From a bacterium (GTDB lineage Bacteria > SAR324 > XYD2-FULL-50-16 > G965216635), in the NCBI GenBank assembly GCA_965216635.1, contig OZ244188.1, forward strand, positions 1,088,001 to 1,152,000: a stretch of DNA of 64,000 bases, given 5' to 3'. Shown here piece by piece: positions 21,233-30,842 of the stretch (within the stretch, counting starts at the first letter, position 1; each line of letters begins with the position of its first letter). Below the pieces are notes generated by a model. The model searched no databases. It saw nothing but the letters and a program-made list of their open reading frames with translations, and had not been told where the DNA came from. Position numbers and translations under genes: made by a program.

Positions 21233-22422
21233 TTGTGATTGGAGGAGGATTAGCTGGAGTTTGGACTCATTCTTTGCTTAAAAAAGCGGGGTATTCTTGC
21301 TGTCTTTTAGAAAAAAAATCCATAGGCGGAGAGCAAAGCCTACTTTCACAAGGAATTATCCATAAGGGTATGAAATATTTGCTGGGTAAATTTTTGCCCG
21401 ACATTGCGGGTAATTTATGGCAAACTGCCGAGCTATGGGATGCTGCTTTGTCTGGAAAGGGAGAACTAAATTTGAGCGAAACGGAAATTTATACAGAAAA
21501 ACAGCTAATTTGGCAATCGCAAGGTTTTCTTGCTTCTTTTTTCACAAAAGGCTCTCAAAAAATTTTTCAAAGCCAAGTCCAAAAATTGGCTCCGCTGGAA
21601 TTGCCTTTTTGGTTAGACAAACAAAAAACTGCGTTTTGGGTCAAAGAAAAAGTTATCAATAGCCATTCTTTATTTCAAAATTTTTATAGTCAACAAAAAG
21701 AAGACTACTATGGAATAGATGCACTTAAAAAGATTCAAATTTTTAATAACTCCATTTCCTTAGAACTAGGAGGTGTTCTGCTAGAAGCACAAAAAATTAT
21801 TCTAGCTGCTGGTAGGGGAAATATCGCACTAGCTGAAAAATTAAACATCAAGCAAAAAATACAGCTACGCCCCTTAAAAATGCTCGCTGTAAAATTTACC
21901 CCAGCAAAACAAAGAGTAGGAGGCGTCAAAAACAGCACTAATGCAGAAAATTTTAAAATCTACGGGCATTGCATAGGACAGAGTGCCAAACCGTTATTTA
22001 GCATTAGCACCCATTCCAGAAAAAGCCATTACGGAAAAAACAGCGAATTAGTCTATTATTTAGGAGGCAAAATAGCTGAAGACGGCGTAGGTGGAAGCAA
22101 CGAAATGCTCGTAGCAAAAGCAAAAGAGCTAGTAGCGAAAAATACAAAGCTTAAATTGGAAGAGGCAGAATGGAGGTGTATAAAAGTAGACAGAGCGGAG
22201 CCAGAACAAAAAAAAGGCGGGCTACCAGACGCGGCTTTTGCCGAATGTTTTGATAAGGCAGTTCTTTGTTTTCCAGTGAAACTAGCCTTAGTGCCGCAGA
22301 TGGCACTGGCTATAAAAAATCTATTGAAAAAAGAAAAAATACTGCCTCTTTACCCACAAAAAAAAATCCAAGAATTACCTCAAGCAAAACTAGGAGGTGC
22401 TTTTTGGGAGACTTTATTTTAG
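21208..22422 (+). CDS. FAD-dependent oxidoreductase (DAO/GlpD-like superfamily)
   Basis: DVVVIGGGLAG Rossmann motif; GGEQSLLSQGIIH(K)G motif. Confidence 0.75.
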   Translation: MKKYNFDVVVIGGGLAGVWTHSLLKKAGYSCCLLEKKSIGGEQSLLSQGIIHKGMKYLLGKFLPDIAGNLWQTAELWDAALSGKGELNLSETEIYTEKQLIWQSQGFLASFFTKGSQKIFQSQVQKLAPLELPFWLDKQKTAFWVKEKVINSHSLFQNFYSQQKEDYYGIDALKKIQIFNNSISLELGGVLLEAQKIILAAGRGNIALAEKLNIKQKIQLRPLKMLAVKFTPAKQRVGGVKNSTNAENFKIYGHCIGQSAKPLFSISTHSRKSHYGKNSELVYYLGGKIAEDGVGGSNEMLVAKAKELVAKNTKLKLEEAEWRCIKVDRAEPEQKKGGLPDAAFAECFDKAVLCFPVKLALVPQMALAIKNLLKKEKILPLYPQKKIQELPQAKLGGAFWETLF

Positions 22423-22490
22423 TTTTACCTTAAAAAATCCCAATTTGCACTCCCAGCTCCTGCTTGATCTTTTTATAGCTCGCAACTCTG

Positions 22491-23771
22491 TTAAAAGCGC
22501 CACAGCAGGGAAATGCTGACGACTACGGGGGCTTTGATTTCAGCTTCAATTTTCTCCGCTGCTGGAGTTTCAACTTCTTGTATTTCCACATCTCGGCTGC
22601 CGACTTGGGTTACTTCTATTCTAAGATCAGAGTCTACTATTCCATTTACGATGGTAGCGTGAAAAAGCGTGGCACTACTGCCAGCATTTATAAGGTTTGA
22701 TGAGCCGATCGTTGCTGAATCACCTCTTTCAGTCTGTGTTTTTCTAATAAGAGGGGCGCCAGTGGGAATCGGAGCAGAAGCTGGAGTAGAACGGCTCAGA
22801 GAAACACCCGAGATATACTTTGTCAAGCTAATATTAAAGAATAGGTTGGGAGTTAAGTTCTCTTTATAGCCTACCGTTAACACGGGGCTAGTAGCCGAGG
22901 CGCTAGTTGAGCCATTGGTAAGCTTCATACTCGCTAGACCGCCTCCTGCAAAAAACTCCTCGTGAAAAAAATACTCCGCCATCACTACTGTATTGACGAG
23001 CTCATTAGTTCCACCCTTGCCAGTAAAGTGAGTCAGAGAGGCTCTCCATTTTTCTCCTCGCCAGCCGACTTGCAGACCGACACCGTTGAGTGCGTCGCTC
23101 TTTGTGCTGGGGAGGGAGGATTTTGAAAGCGTATCTGCAGTCACATCATAGGCAGAAAAATTAATAGCGGTTCTTTCATGGGAAAGATCCCCGTAAAAGT
23201 ATCTATAACAATAGGATGTTTCTCCCTCTGTCAATCCTGTACGAAAGTTTCTACTAGGAATGTTAATGTTCAATCCTGTTACGGTAGCATCATTCAAAGG
23301 ATCATTAAGATCAGCTATAGACGGTCTTGCACCAGCCGTGAAGGAAGAAAAAAAACCTTCCCTAAAAGAGTAAACTCCATCAGGCTGTGTAACAGTCGTT
23401 GCATCACGTTCGCAGTTTGCTTTCATTAAAGCTTTTATTCCAGCGGGTATGACACCAGAAATTTTAAAGTTTGTGTCTATTCTAGAGGTTGCGTCTCTAT
23501 AGCCGCTGATTCTAAAGCCAGTAGCAGAGTTTGTGCTAGTTTTTGTGGTATCTACTCCGAATCCTTGTAGATAGACAATACCAGCAAAAAATCCCTGTTT
23601 TGTGCTAACGCTGCTCTGTGCTTGCAGATTACCTATAAATAGCAAACTCAACAAAACCGCACCTAGCAATAACGCCCCACGAAAACTCGCCCGTTGAAAA
23701 CCAGCCTGGGCTACTTTTTTCTCACAATTTTTAAGAGGTGTTTTTAACGCTCTTTTTGTTATTCTTTCCAT
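22491..23771 (-). CDS. Putative outer-membrane beta-barrel protein with large extracellular loop insertions
   Basis: Signal peptide ..GNLQA|Q; amphipathic strands (FFAGIVY, GVGLQVGW, FFAGGGL, VLTVGY, FFNISL); C-terminal VVVSISLLWRF ending in Phe; start uncertain. Confidence 0.6.
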   Translation of the reverse strand: MERITKRALKTPLKNCEKKVAQAGFQRASFRGALLLGAVLLSLLFIGNLQAQSSVSTKQGFFAGIVYLQGFGVDTTKTSTNSATGFRISGYRDATSRIDTNFKISGVIPAGIKALMKANCERDATTVTQPDGVYSFREGFFSSFTAGARPSIADLNDPLNDATVTGLNINIPSRNFRTGLTEGETSYCYRYFYGDLSHERTAINFSAYDVTADTLSKSSLPSTKSDALNGVGLQVGWRGEKWRASLTHFTGKGGTNELVNTVVMAEYFFHEEFFAGGGLASMKLTNGSTSASATSPVLTVGYKENLTPNLFFNISLTKYISGVSLSRSTPASAPIPTGAPLIRKTQTERGDSATIGSSNLINAGSSATLFHATIVNGIVDSDLRIEVTQVGSRDVEIQEVETPAAEKIEAEIKAPVVVSISLLWRF

Positions 23772-23796
23772 AATTTATGTCAATTTTAGGTTAATT

Positions 23797-23835
23797 AAAT
23801 GAAATCAAATGAAATCAAATGAAATCAAATGAAAT
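23797..23835. repeat. 10-bp tandem repeat aaatgaaatc x~4 just upstream of the OMP gene
   Basis: Directly visible. Confidence 0.9.
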
Positions 23836-23910
23836 ATAGCAGAAAAAAAATAAAAAAGCAAATAAAAAAAAATAATTCTTAATTTTTTTTAAATAAAAAA
23901 GTTTTATCCC

Positions 23911-24358
23911 GCTGGAATATGTGTAATATTTCAAGAGTTAAAATTTTTTTTTAACGCTGCATAGACAAAGTATAACAAGATTATTGAATTAGGCATTATA
24001 CAAAGTCTAGGCAAGGCAAAAAAAAATTTTAGCTCGCAGGAATATGTGTGATATTTCAAGAGTTAAAATTTTTTTTTAACGCTGCATAGACAAAGTATAA
24101 CAAGATTATTGAATTAGGCATTATACAAAGTCTAGGCAAGGCAAAAAAAAATTTTAGCTCGCTGGAATATGTGTGATATTTCAAGAGTTAAAATTTTTTT
24201 TTAACGCTGCATAGACAAAGTATAACAAGATTATTGAATTAGGCATTATACAAAGTCTAGGCAAGGCAAAAAAAAATTTTAGCTCGCAGGAATATGTGTG
24301 ATATTTCAAGAGTTAAAATTTTTTTTTAACGCTGCATAGACAAAGTATAATGCCTAAT
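23911..24358. repeat. 125-bp tandem array (~3.6 copies) of MITE-derived sequence
   Basis: gc(t/a)ggaatat at 23911, 24036, 24161 and 24286; contains ttgaattaggcattata and ends with its inverse tataatgcctaat; core matches the 42312-42466 element. Confidence 0.9.
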
Positions 24359-24990
24359 TATTTGAAAAGATTATCAGGATCCTGCTCCAACTTAGGCTCT
24401 GTTTGAAACGGCACACCAGATTTCAATTTTTCCATAGCCGAAAGGAATTTTCTAACTTCTGCAACACTAAAATAAATAGTACCGCGAATATTGCTATTGT
24501 CTTTATCAATGGCGTTGATAATTAAGTTGACTTGCCCTGCTTTATTGGTGCTAAAAAACCTCAAACCCATTTGCCCTTTAGTATTGGCTATTCCTGTTTG
24601 CTTACAGCTATTATTGATATTTTTGCCGAAACAACCGAGGCTCCTTGTAGTATCTGCTTTGGCTCTTTTAGCAATTCCAGCCCATTCCACCGATTTGGCG
24701 AGTGCTTGTTTTAAAACTTCTTTATTTTCAGTGGTAGCATCCAAAGAGATAGTGACATCTCCTAATCTTGTGTTGATTCTGAGGAAAATAATTGTATCTT
24801 TACGGAGATTGTCGCCTATCCAAACCGTGAGATTTTTTTTGAACCATTGTTGCCACTGGGAGTCGTATTCGTGACCTGTAACCACTTCACCTATTCTATA
24901 GATAGTAAAAGAGCGGGTATTTGTAGTAGTAAATAGCCCAAAAAAGAAAGTTAACCCTAAGAATAGGGTAGTATGAAAAAATTTTGACAT
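24358..24990 (-). CDS. Hypothetical exported/membrane-anchored protein (~210 aa)
   Basis: Hydrophobic N-terminus after ATG 24990 (MSKFFHTTLFLG); the upstream TTG extension to 25131 runs into a degenerate element. Confidence 0.6.
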   Translation of the reverse strand: MSKFFHTTLFLGLTFFFGLFTTTNTRSFTIYRIGEVVTGHEYDSQWQQWFKKNLTVWIGDNLRKDTIIFLRINTRLGDVTISLDATTENKEVLKQALAKSVEWAGIAKRAKADTTRSLGCFGKNINNSCKQTGIANTKGQMGLRFFSTNKAGQVNLIINAIDKDNSNIRGTIYFSVAEVRKFLSAMEKLKSGVPFQTEPKLEQDPDNLFK

Positions 24991-25111
24991 ATTATATATA
25001 GGTAGTTGTCTTGCATAAATAACTTGAAAAAAATAAAATAGCAAGTCCAGTTCTAAATTTTTATAGACTTTTGCTAAAAAATAACCTAGACTGGATAAGC
25101 TAATGCAATAA

Positions 25112-25265
25112 GAGAGCTTTGAATTTAGCAATCAAAGTTTAGCCAAAACAAGTTTATTGCTTGAAATAGTGGCGTTGCTGGTAAAAACTCCAATGGCGCT
25201 TTTACACTCCTTTTTTGGAGTATGCAAGGTTTGTTTTTTTCACTATTTGGCAAATTCACTATCTC
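25112..25265. mobile_element. Degenerate MITE-like copy upstream of nuoA
   Basis: gagagctttgaattt..gtttagccaaaacaagtttattgcttga resembles the reverse complement of 57766-57817; right end ctatttggcaaattcactatctc; no clean TSD. Confidence 0.55.
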
Positions 25266-25308
25266 ATCGAGGCTATAATAATTCATAATTAGTTTTTATA
25301 CTACACAA

Positions 25309-25674
25309 ATGCAAATCAGTCTTCAATATTTACCTTTTTTATTATTGAGTTTTTTGGGAATTTTTCTATGTTTGATTTTCCTGTTTATTGCTCGGTTTTT
25401 AGGACCTAAACTAGCTACTCGCACTAAAAAGCTTCCTTTTGAATCGGGTTTAGAGTCTCAGGGAATAGGCAAAAAAAATAAAATTACTATCAATTACTAC
25501 TTGGTGGCAATGCTTTTTTTAACTTTTGATGTAGAAATTATTTTTTTATACCCTTGGGCAGCAAGTTTTAGAGAGTTAGGATGGTATGGTTTTGTGGTAG
25601 TTTTGATTTTTCTTAGTGTGTTGATTTTTGGGTTACTTTATGAATGGAAAAAAGGAGGATTAGAATGGGAATAG
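25309..25674 (+). CDS. nuoA: NADH-quinone oxidoreductase subunit A
   Basis: KKLPFESG, YYLVAMLFLTFDVEIIFLYPWA, YEWKKGGLEW. Confidence 0.95.
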   Translation: MQISLQYLPFLLLSFLGIFLCLIFLFIARFLGPKLATRTKKLPFESGLESQGIGKKNKITINYYLVAMLFLTFDVEIIFLYPWAASFRELGWYGFVVVLIFLSVLIFGLLYEWKKGGLEWE

Positions 25675-26342
25675 AAATGAACGATAGTTTTATCTCTACA
25701 AAATTGGATTCTATGATTAATTGGAGTCGCAAATACTCCTTATTTCAGTATCCGTTTATCACTTCTTGTTGTGGTATAGAATATATGTCTACTGCTTGCT
25801 CGCACTACGATATTGCAAGATTTGGAGCGGAAATTCCACGATTTTCACCGAGACAAGCTGATCTTTTGTTTGTTGTGGGCACAATTACTCACAAAATGGC
25901 ACCTATATTAAAGAGGGTTTATGATCAAATGACAGAGCCTAAATGGGTTATTGCTTTTGGGGCTTGTGCTTCTTCGGGTGGTTTTTATCAGAATTACGCT
26001 ACTTTACAAGGGATTGATAGAATTATTCCAGTAGATGTCTATATTGCAGGCTGTCCTCCGAGGCCCGAAGCGGTTTTAGACGGGTTATTAGAGTTGCAAA
26101 GAATGATTCAAGAAGAAGGGATTAAAGGTAGTAAAGGAATTAACCCCAGGGAAGTAGCTTTTGACAAAGAAACTGCCGACGACAGTTTAGACGGCGAAAA
26201 AGCAGCTGCCAGCGACAGTTTAGACGGCGAAAAAGAAGCAGCCAACGACAATTTAGATATTGAAAAAGCAGCAGCCAGCGACAGTTTAGCTGGCGAAAAA
26301 AAGCAAACAGTTTCTCTTTATAAATCTCACCCACAAACTTAG
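25665..26342 (+). CDS. nuoB: NADH-quinone oxidoreductase subunit B with a repeat-derived acidic C-terminal tail
   Basis: SCCGIE, RFSPRQADL, GACASSGG, VDVYIAGCPPRPE; AGGAGG before ATG 25665. Confidence 0.95.
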   Translation: MGIEMNDSFISTKLDSMINWSRKYSLFQYPFITSCCGIEYMSTACSHYDIARFGAEIPRFSPRQADLLFVVGTITHKMAPILKRVYDQMTEPKWVIAFGACASSGGFYQNYATLQGIDRIIPVDVYIAGCPPRPEAVLDGLLELQRMIQEEGIKGSKGINPREVAFDKETADDSLDGEKAAASDSLDGEKEAANDNLDIEKAAASDSLAGEKKQTVSLYKSHPQT

Positions 26343-26347
26343 AAGTT

Positions 26348-26926
26348 ATGCAAAAAAATTCCGAACAAAACGCTTCTGATTCTATTTTAATAAAAAAATT
26401 AAAAAAAATATTCTCTGGCTCAGCTTTATCTGGTTCAGCCTTATCTGGATCAATCCAAGAAATATCTGAACCACTAGGAGAAAGCTGCTTGCTTGTAGCA
26501 AACAAAAACTTATTTACTGTATTACAAGAACTAAAAAATAACCCCGAATTGCATTTTGAGCAAATGATGGACTTGACTGCAGTAGATTATCTCAATCACG
26601 AAAAGCCAAGTCGGTTTCAAATTGTTTATCATCTGCTTTCTTTACAACACCAGTTCCGCCTACGCGTGAAGTGTCATCTAGCAGATGGCGAAAAAGTAGA
26701 AAGCATCACTTCCCTTTGGTTAGCGGCAGATTGGTACGAAAGAGAGTGCTACGATATGTATGGCATAGTTTTTCAAGGACACCCTAATCTAAAAAGAATA
26801 CTACTCTACGAAGAATTTGAAGGATATCCATTAAGAAAGGATTATTCTATTACCAAAGAGCAGCCTTTAATTCCAGTAAAACAAATAGTAGAAAGACAGC
26901 CCTACATGCAAAAGCTAGATCTATGA
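26348..26926 (+). CDS. nuoC: NADH-quinone oxidoreductase subunit C
   Basis: DLTAVDY, ADWYERECYDMYGIVF.GHPNLKRILL, GYPLRKDY. Confidence 0.95.
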   Translation: MQKNSEQNASDSILIKKLKKIFSGSALSGSALSGSIQEISEPLGESCLLVANKNLFTVLQELKNNPELHFEQMMDLTAVDYLNHEKPSRFQIVYHLLSLQHQFRLRVKCHLADGEKVESITSLWLAADWYERECYDMYGIVFQGHPNLKRILLYEEFEGYPLRKDYSITKEQPLIPVKQIVERQPYMQKLDL

Positions 26927-28116
26927 AAACAGTTAACACAGAAGAAGAAAAAGAATATCTGGAATTGGAGATGGGACCCTCTCACCCATCTATGCACGGT
27001 ATTGTCAGGCTTAGTCTTAAATTGGAAGGAGAGAAAGTGAGGGATTTAGAAACCGAGATAGGTTATCTCCACAGAGGTTTTGAAAAACAGTGCGAAAATG
27101 CTCGCTATATCCAAATTTTTCCCTATACAGATAGACTCAATTACTGCTCCTCTATTATCAACAATGTTGGTTATTCCATAGCAGTAGAAAAATTATTTCA
27201 GATTCAACCAACCAAAAGAGCAGAATATGCTCGTGTTATTATGATGGAAGTAGCTCGTATTTCGGATCATCTCACCTGTTTGGGAGCTACTGGAATGGAA
27301 TTGGGAGCTTTCACCTATTTTCTTTGGTATATCAAGGCAAGAGAATATTTATGGGAGTTAATAGAGAGTTTTACAGGAGCTCGGTTGACTACTAGTTGGT
27401 CTCGTTTTGGAGGTAACGCAAACGATTTTCCAGAAGGTTTTTTAGAAAAATTAGAAATAGCACTCCAAAAAGTAGAAGAAGTGTTAAATGAAGCGGATAA
27501 ATTACTTAGCCAAAACAAAATTTTTGTAGATAGAGTAAAAAATATTGGAATTTTATCTAAAGAAAAAGCGATTTCTTTTGGATTTAGTGGACCTATGTTG
27601 AGAGCCTGCGGCGTAGCCCAAGATTTGAGAATAGCAGAAGGAGGCTATTCTATTTACCCAGAATTAGATTTTGATATTCCCGTAGGCGAGCAAGGAGATT
27701 GTTATGATAGGTATTTGGTAAGAATGGAAGAGATGCGGCAGTCTATTTCTATTATTCGGCAAGCGAGTCAAAAAATTCCCGAAGGAGATTTTCAGTTAAG
27801 AAATAGAAAAGCTAGCCTGCCAGAGAAAAAAGATGTCTATGGAAATATTGAAGGTTTGATTGACCATTTTAAGATTATTATGGACGGTCACTGTCCGCCA
27901 GCGGGGGAAACCTACAGCGTCGTGGAAGGAGCCAACGGTGAGTTGGGGTTTTATATAGTATCTGACGGTACAGGAACACCAGTAAAATGCCGCTGCAGAC
28001 CTCCTTGTTTTAATTTTGTATCAGCTCTCAAGGAAATGTGTATTGGTAGTTTTTTATCCGATGTGGTAGCTATTTTTGGTTCTATTAATATGATAGGTGG
28101 AGAGCTAGACCGTTAG
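26923..28116 (+). CDS. nuoD: NADH-quinone oxidoreductase subunit D
   Basis: MGPSHPSMHG, IGYLHRGFEK, DRLNY, GELDR. Confidence 0.96.
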   Translation: MKTVNTEEEKEYLELEMGPSHPSMHGIVRLSLKLEGEKVRDLETEIGYLHRGFEKQCENARYIQIFPYTDRLNYCSSIINNVGYSIAVEKLFQIQPTKRAEYARVIMMEVARISDHLTCLGATGMELGAFTYFLWYIKAREYLWELIESFTGARLTTSWSRFGGNANDFPEGFLEKLEIALQKVEEVLNEADKLLSQNKIFVDRVKNIGILSKEKAISFGFSGPMLRACGVAQDLRIAEGGYSIYPELDFDIPVGEQGDCYDRYLVRMEEMRQSISIIRQASQKIPEGDFQLRNRKASLPEKKDVYGNIEGLIDHFKIIMDGHCPPAGETYSVVEGANGELGFYIVSDGTGTPVKCRCRPPCFNFVSALKEMCIGSFLSDVVAIFGSINMIGGELDR

Positions 28117-28121
28117 AATTT

Positions 28122-29405
28122 ATGAATAAAAAAGAACTTGCAGCAAGAAGAATAGCACCGCACCACGATAGCAATAGAGAGCCTTACATGCGAGATAAGG
28201 CTCGTATTTTACACTCGGCTTTTTTTCGCAGACTACAATCCAAAAAACAAATTCACGATTTAGATATTAGTGATTTTGGCAGAACCCGATTGACCCATAC
28301 TTTAGAAGTGGCTCAGATTGCTACTGGTATTAGAGAAATCCTCAAACAAGAAAAATCTACAGAAATTAAAGAATTATTGCCGAATATTTTTGGCATAGAA
28401 GCCTCTGCTTTAGCCCACGACCTAGGGCACCCTCCCAATGGACACGGAGGAGAAATTGCTTTAAACTATTTGATGCAAGAAAATGGAGGATTTGAAGGTA
28501 ACGCTCAGAGCTTTAGAATTACTGCCACACTCGGAGAGTACGAATCAGGTTTTGGTTTAAATCTAACCAGAGCTACTATGTTGGGTCTATTAAAATACCC
28601 TGTTTTATACAGTAAAGTTGCGAATAATCAAAAAAATTCCACCCAAGAAGCGACAGGGAAATTTCCTAAATTTTCTAACTATATACCACCCAAATGTATT
28701 TTTGATAGCGAAAAAGAAATTTTGGATTGGATGTTAGAGCCTTTCATAAAAGAAGACAGAGAAAAATACTGCCAAATAGATAAAAAAACAGGCAAGGCAA
28801 AGCATTTTAATTTTTTTTCATCCATAGTAGATTTAGCAGACGATATAGCCTACGGGGTGCACGACCTAGAAGACGCCATTGCTTTAAAACTAGTTTCCAT
28901 CAAAGATTTAGAGGAGCAAGAAAAGGAACTCTCTTTTGAAGGCTTGAAAATAGAATATCAGAAAATGACTCAAAATTTATTTTCTAGCAAAGATAGAAAA
29001 ATGACTATCAGTAAAATTGTCAATCTTTTCATTTCCAACGTAAAGCTGGAAAAAAAACATCTTTTTGAATCTAATATTTTAGATTACAATGTTATTTTAC
29101 CAGAAAATTTAAAAGTATCATTAAAAAATCTAAAAAACTTTATTGAAAAAAAAGTGATTTTAAGAAGAGAAAATCAATTGATGGAATTCAAATTGCAGAA
29201 TATAATAGTAGAGCTGTTTCAGTGCCTTTGTTCAGATGCAGAAAGATTTTTGCCTGAGAAATATTGCGAAAGTATTCAAAAAAAAGAAGATTCTACCAAA
29301 AGAGTAGTTTGCGATTATATTGCGGGAATGACCGATAGATACTTGATTAAGCTTCATCGCACTTTATTTTCCCCAGAGTATGGCTCTATTTTTGATAAAT
29401 TGTAA
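28122..29405 (+). CDS. dgt: dGTP/dNTP triphosphohydrolase (HD domain)
   Basis: RDKARILHS.FRRLQ.K.Q, RTRLTHTLEVAQIA, AHDLGHPP.GHGGE, ADDIAYGVHDLED, DYIAGMTD. Confidence 0.92.
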   Translation: MNKKELAARRIAPHHDSNREPYMRDKARILHSAFFRRLQSKKQIHDLDISDFGRTRLTHTLEVAQIATGIREILKQEKSTEIKELLPNIFGIEASALAHDLGHPPNGHGGEIALNYLMQENGGFEGNAQSFRITATLGEYESGFGLNLTRATMLGLLKYPVLYSKVANNQKNSTQEATGKFPKFSNYIPPKCIFDSEKEILDWMLEPFIKEDREKYCQIDKKTGKAKHFNFFSSIVDLADDIAYGVHDLEDAIALKLVSIKDLEEQEKELSFEGLKIEYQKMTQNLFSSKDRKMTISKIVNLFISNVKLEKKHLFESNILDYNVILPENLKVSLKNLKNFIEKKVILRRENQLMEFKLQNIIVELFQCLCSDAERFLPEKYCESIQKKEDSTKRVVCDYIAGMTDRYLIKLHRTLFSPEYGSIFDKL

Positions 29406-29483
29406 GAGAGCATTGTATTAGTGTTCTGTTTAGCATATTTGGCGTTACTTCAAAGGGATAGATAAGTCTCATAAGACAATATA

Positions 29484-29912
29484 ATGAAAAAAATAATCCT
29501 ATTTTCAGCTTTAATTTTTGGAGCTCAGTTTTTGAGCGTTCAAACGGCTTGGGCGATAAATTGTAGTATTAAATATACTGAAGGTTATTTTAATAAATCG
29601 GAGGTAAAGATGGCTTTAAGTGATATAGCAGGTGCTTTGTTTCAAGCAAAAATAGCCTTCCTTGATGAAAGCAAAAATAAAAAAAGCGAAAGATGCCATT
29701 TTGGTATGACTGTGATTGTTTTCCCGGATACTCTATCAGTCGTAATAAAATATGGAGAGAAGAATTATATTGGAGGCTCAAATAAACTTAGCATTACTGG
29801 TTTAAGAGAAGCAGTAATCAGAGCTTTTTATAAAGAAGATTCGTTTAAGGAAAAAATATGTAAATTTTTTGGAAAAAACTACAACCTTAATTGTCTTGTT
29901 TTTAAAAAATAA
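29484..29912 (+). CDS. Hypothetical secreted protein (142 aa, 4 Cys)
   Basis: Signal peptide ..TAWA|INC. Confidence 0.65.
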   Translation: MKKIILFSALIFGAQFLSVQTAWAINCSIKYTEGYFNKSEVKMALSDIAGALFQAKIAFLDESKNKKSERCHFGMTVIVFPDTLSVVIKYGEKNYIGGSNKLSITGLREAVIRAFYKEDSFKEKICKFFGKNYNLNCLVFKK

Positions 29913-29918
29913 GAAATT

Positions 29919-30842
29919 GTGAAAAAAAACAATTTTAATGAAATTTCTAGTTCCTTCCAAGAAACACAGCACAAAATTTGTGACTGGATACAGGAAACTA
30001 CAAACGAAGCCTACAAAGAAAATTTATGGAACTATGAAAAAGGAGAAGGTGGTGGCAGCACTAGGATTTTTTCAGGCGATGTTATTGAAAAAGGAGGAGT
30101 CAATTTTAGTAGCCTAGCAGGAGCATTAAATCCCAAACTAACCACTTGGCTAGCGGGAAAATTAAAAATTTCTCCAACCCTGAAAAGCGAAAAAAAAACA
30201 TTCCCTTTTAAAGTCTGCGGAGTTTCTTTGGTAATCCACCCCTACAATCCTTTTGTGCCTACAGTGCATCTCAATATCCGTTATTTTGAATGTCAAAATA
30301 CTTGGTGGTTTGGAGGAGGCATGGATTTAACGCCTTACTATCCTATTGACGAAGATATATTGCTTTTTCATAAAAGTTTAAAAAAAACTTGCGATGGCTT
30401 TGATAAAGACTATTATCCAAAATTCAAAAAAGCCTGTGATGAGTATTTTTATCTACCGCATCGCAAAGAAACTAGAGGAGTAGGAGGCATTTTTTTTGAT
30501 TATTTAAAGGGTGAAGCAGAGCATTCCTATAAATTTAGCCTTGCTACAGCTTTGAGTTTTCAGCAAGCCTATTTGCCTATTTTGAAAAAAAGACACAAGA
30601 CTCCTTTTCGGATGTTCAATCGCAGTTTTCAAGCCTACCGTAGAGGACGCTATGTGGAGTTCAATTTGCTTTATGATAGAGGAACTGCTTTTGGTTTAGA
30701 AAGTGGTGGTAGAGTGGAATCTATTTTGATGTCTCTGCCTCCAAAAGCAGAGTGGATTTACAATTTTCAACCCGAACAACAAAGCGAAGAAGCAGAATTG
30801 CAAAGCTATCTAAAACCTAGAGATTGGCTCTCTGAGTTATAA
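29919..30842 (+). CDS. hemF: Oxygen-dependent coproporphyrinogen III oxidase
   Basis: EKGGVNFS, HPYNPFVPTVHLNIRYF, WWFGGGMDLTP, RRGRYVEFNLLYDRGT. Confidence 0.96.
   Translation: MKKNNFNEISSSFQETQHKICDWIQETTNEAYKENLWNYEKGEGGGSTRIFSGDVIEKGGVNFSSLAGALNPKLTTWLAGKLKISPTLKSEKKTFPFKVCGVSLVIHPYNPFVPTVHLNIRYFECQNTWWFGGGMDLTPYYPIDEDILLFHKSLKKTCDGFDKDYYPKFKKACDEYFYLPHRKETRGVGGIFFDYLKGEAEHSYKFSLATALSFQQAYLPILKKRHKTPFRMFNRSFQAYRRGRYVEFNLLYDRGTAFGLESGGRVESILMSLPPKAEWIYNFQPEQQSEEAELQSYLKPRDWLSEL

Noticed and set aside
23911..24358. Possible CRISPR array
   Set aside because: Units are essentially identical with no unique spacers, derive from the MITE, and there are no cas genes
24991..25131. N-terminal extension of the 24358 ORF from TTG
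   Set aside because: Begins inside a degenerate element; ATG 24990 gives a plausible signal/anchor N-terminus
29406..29470. Another element remnant after dgt
   Set aside because: Resembles the 54162 copy but is too degenerate and lacks a clear TSD
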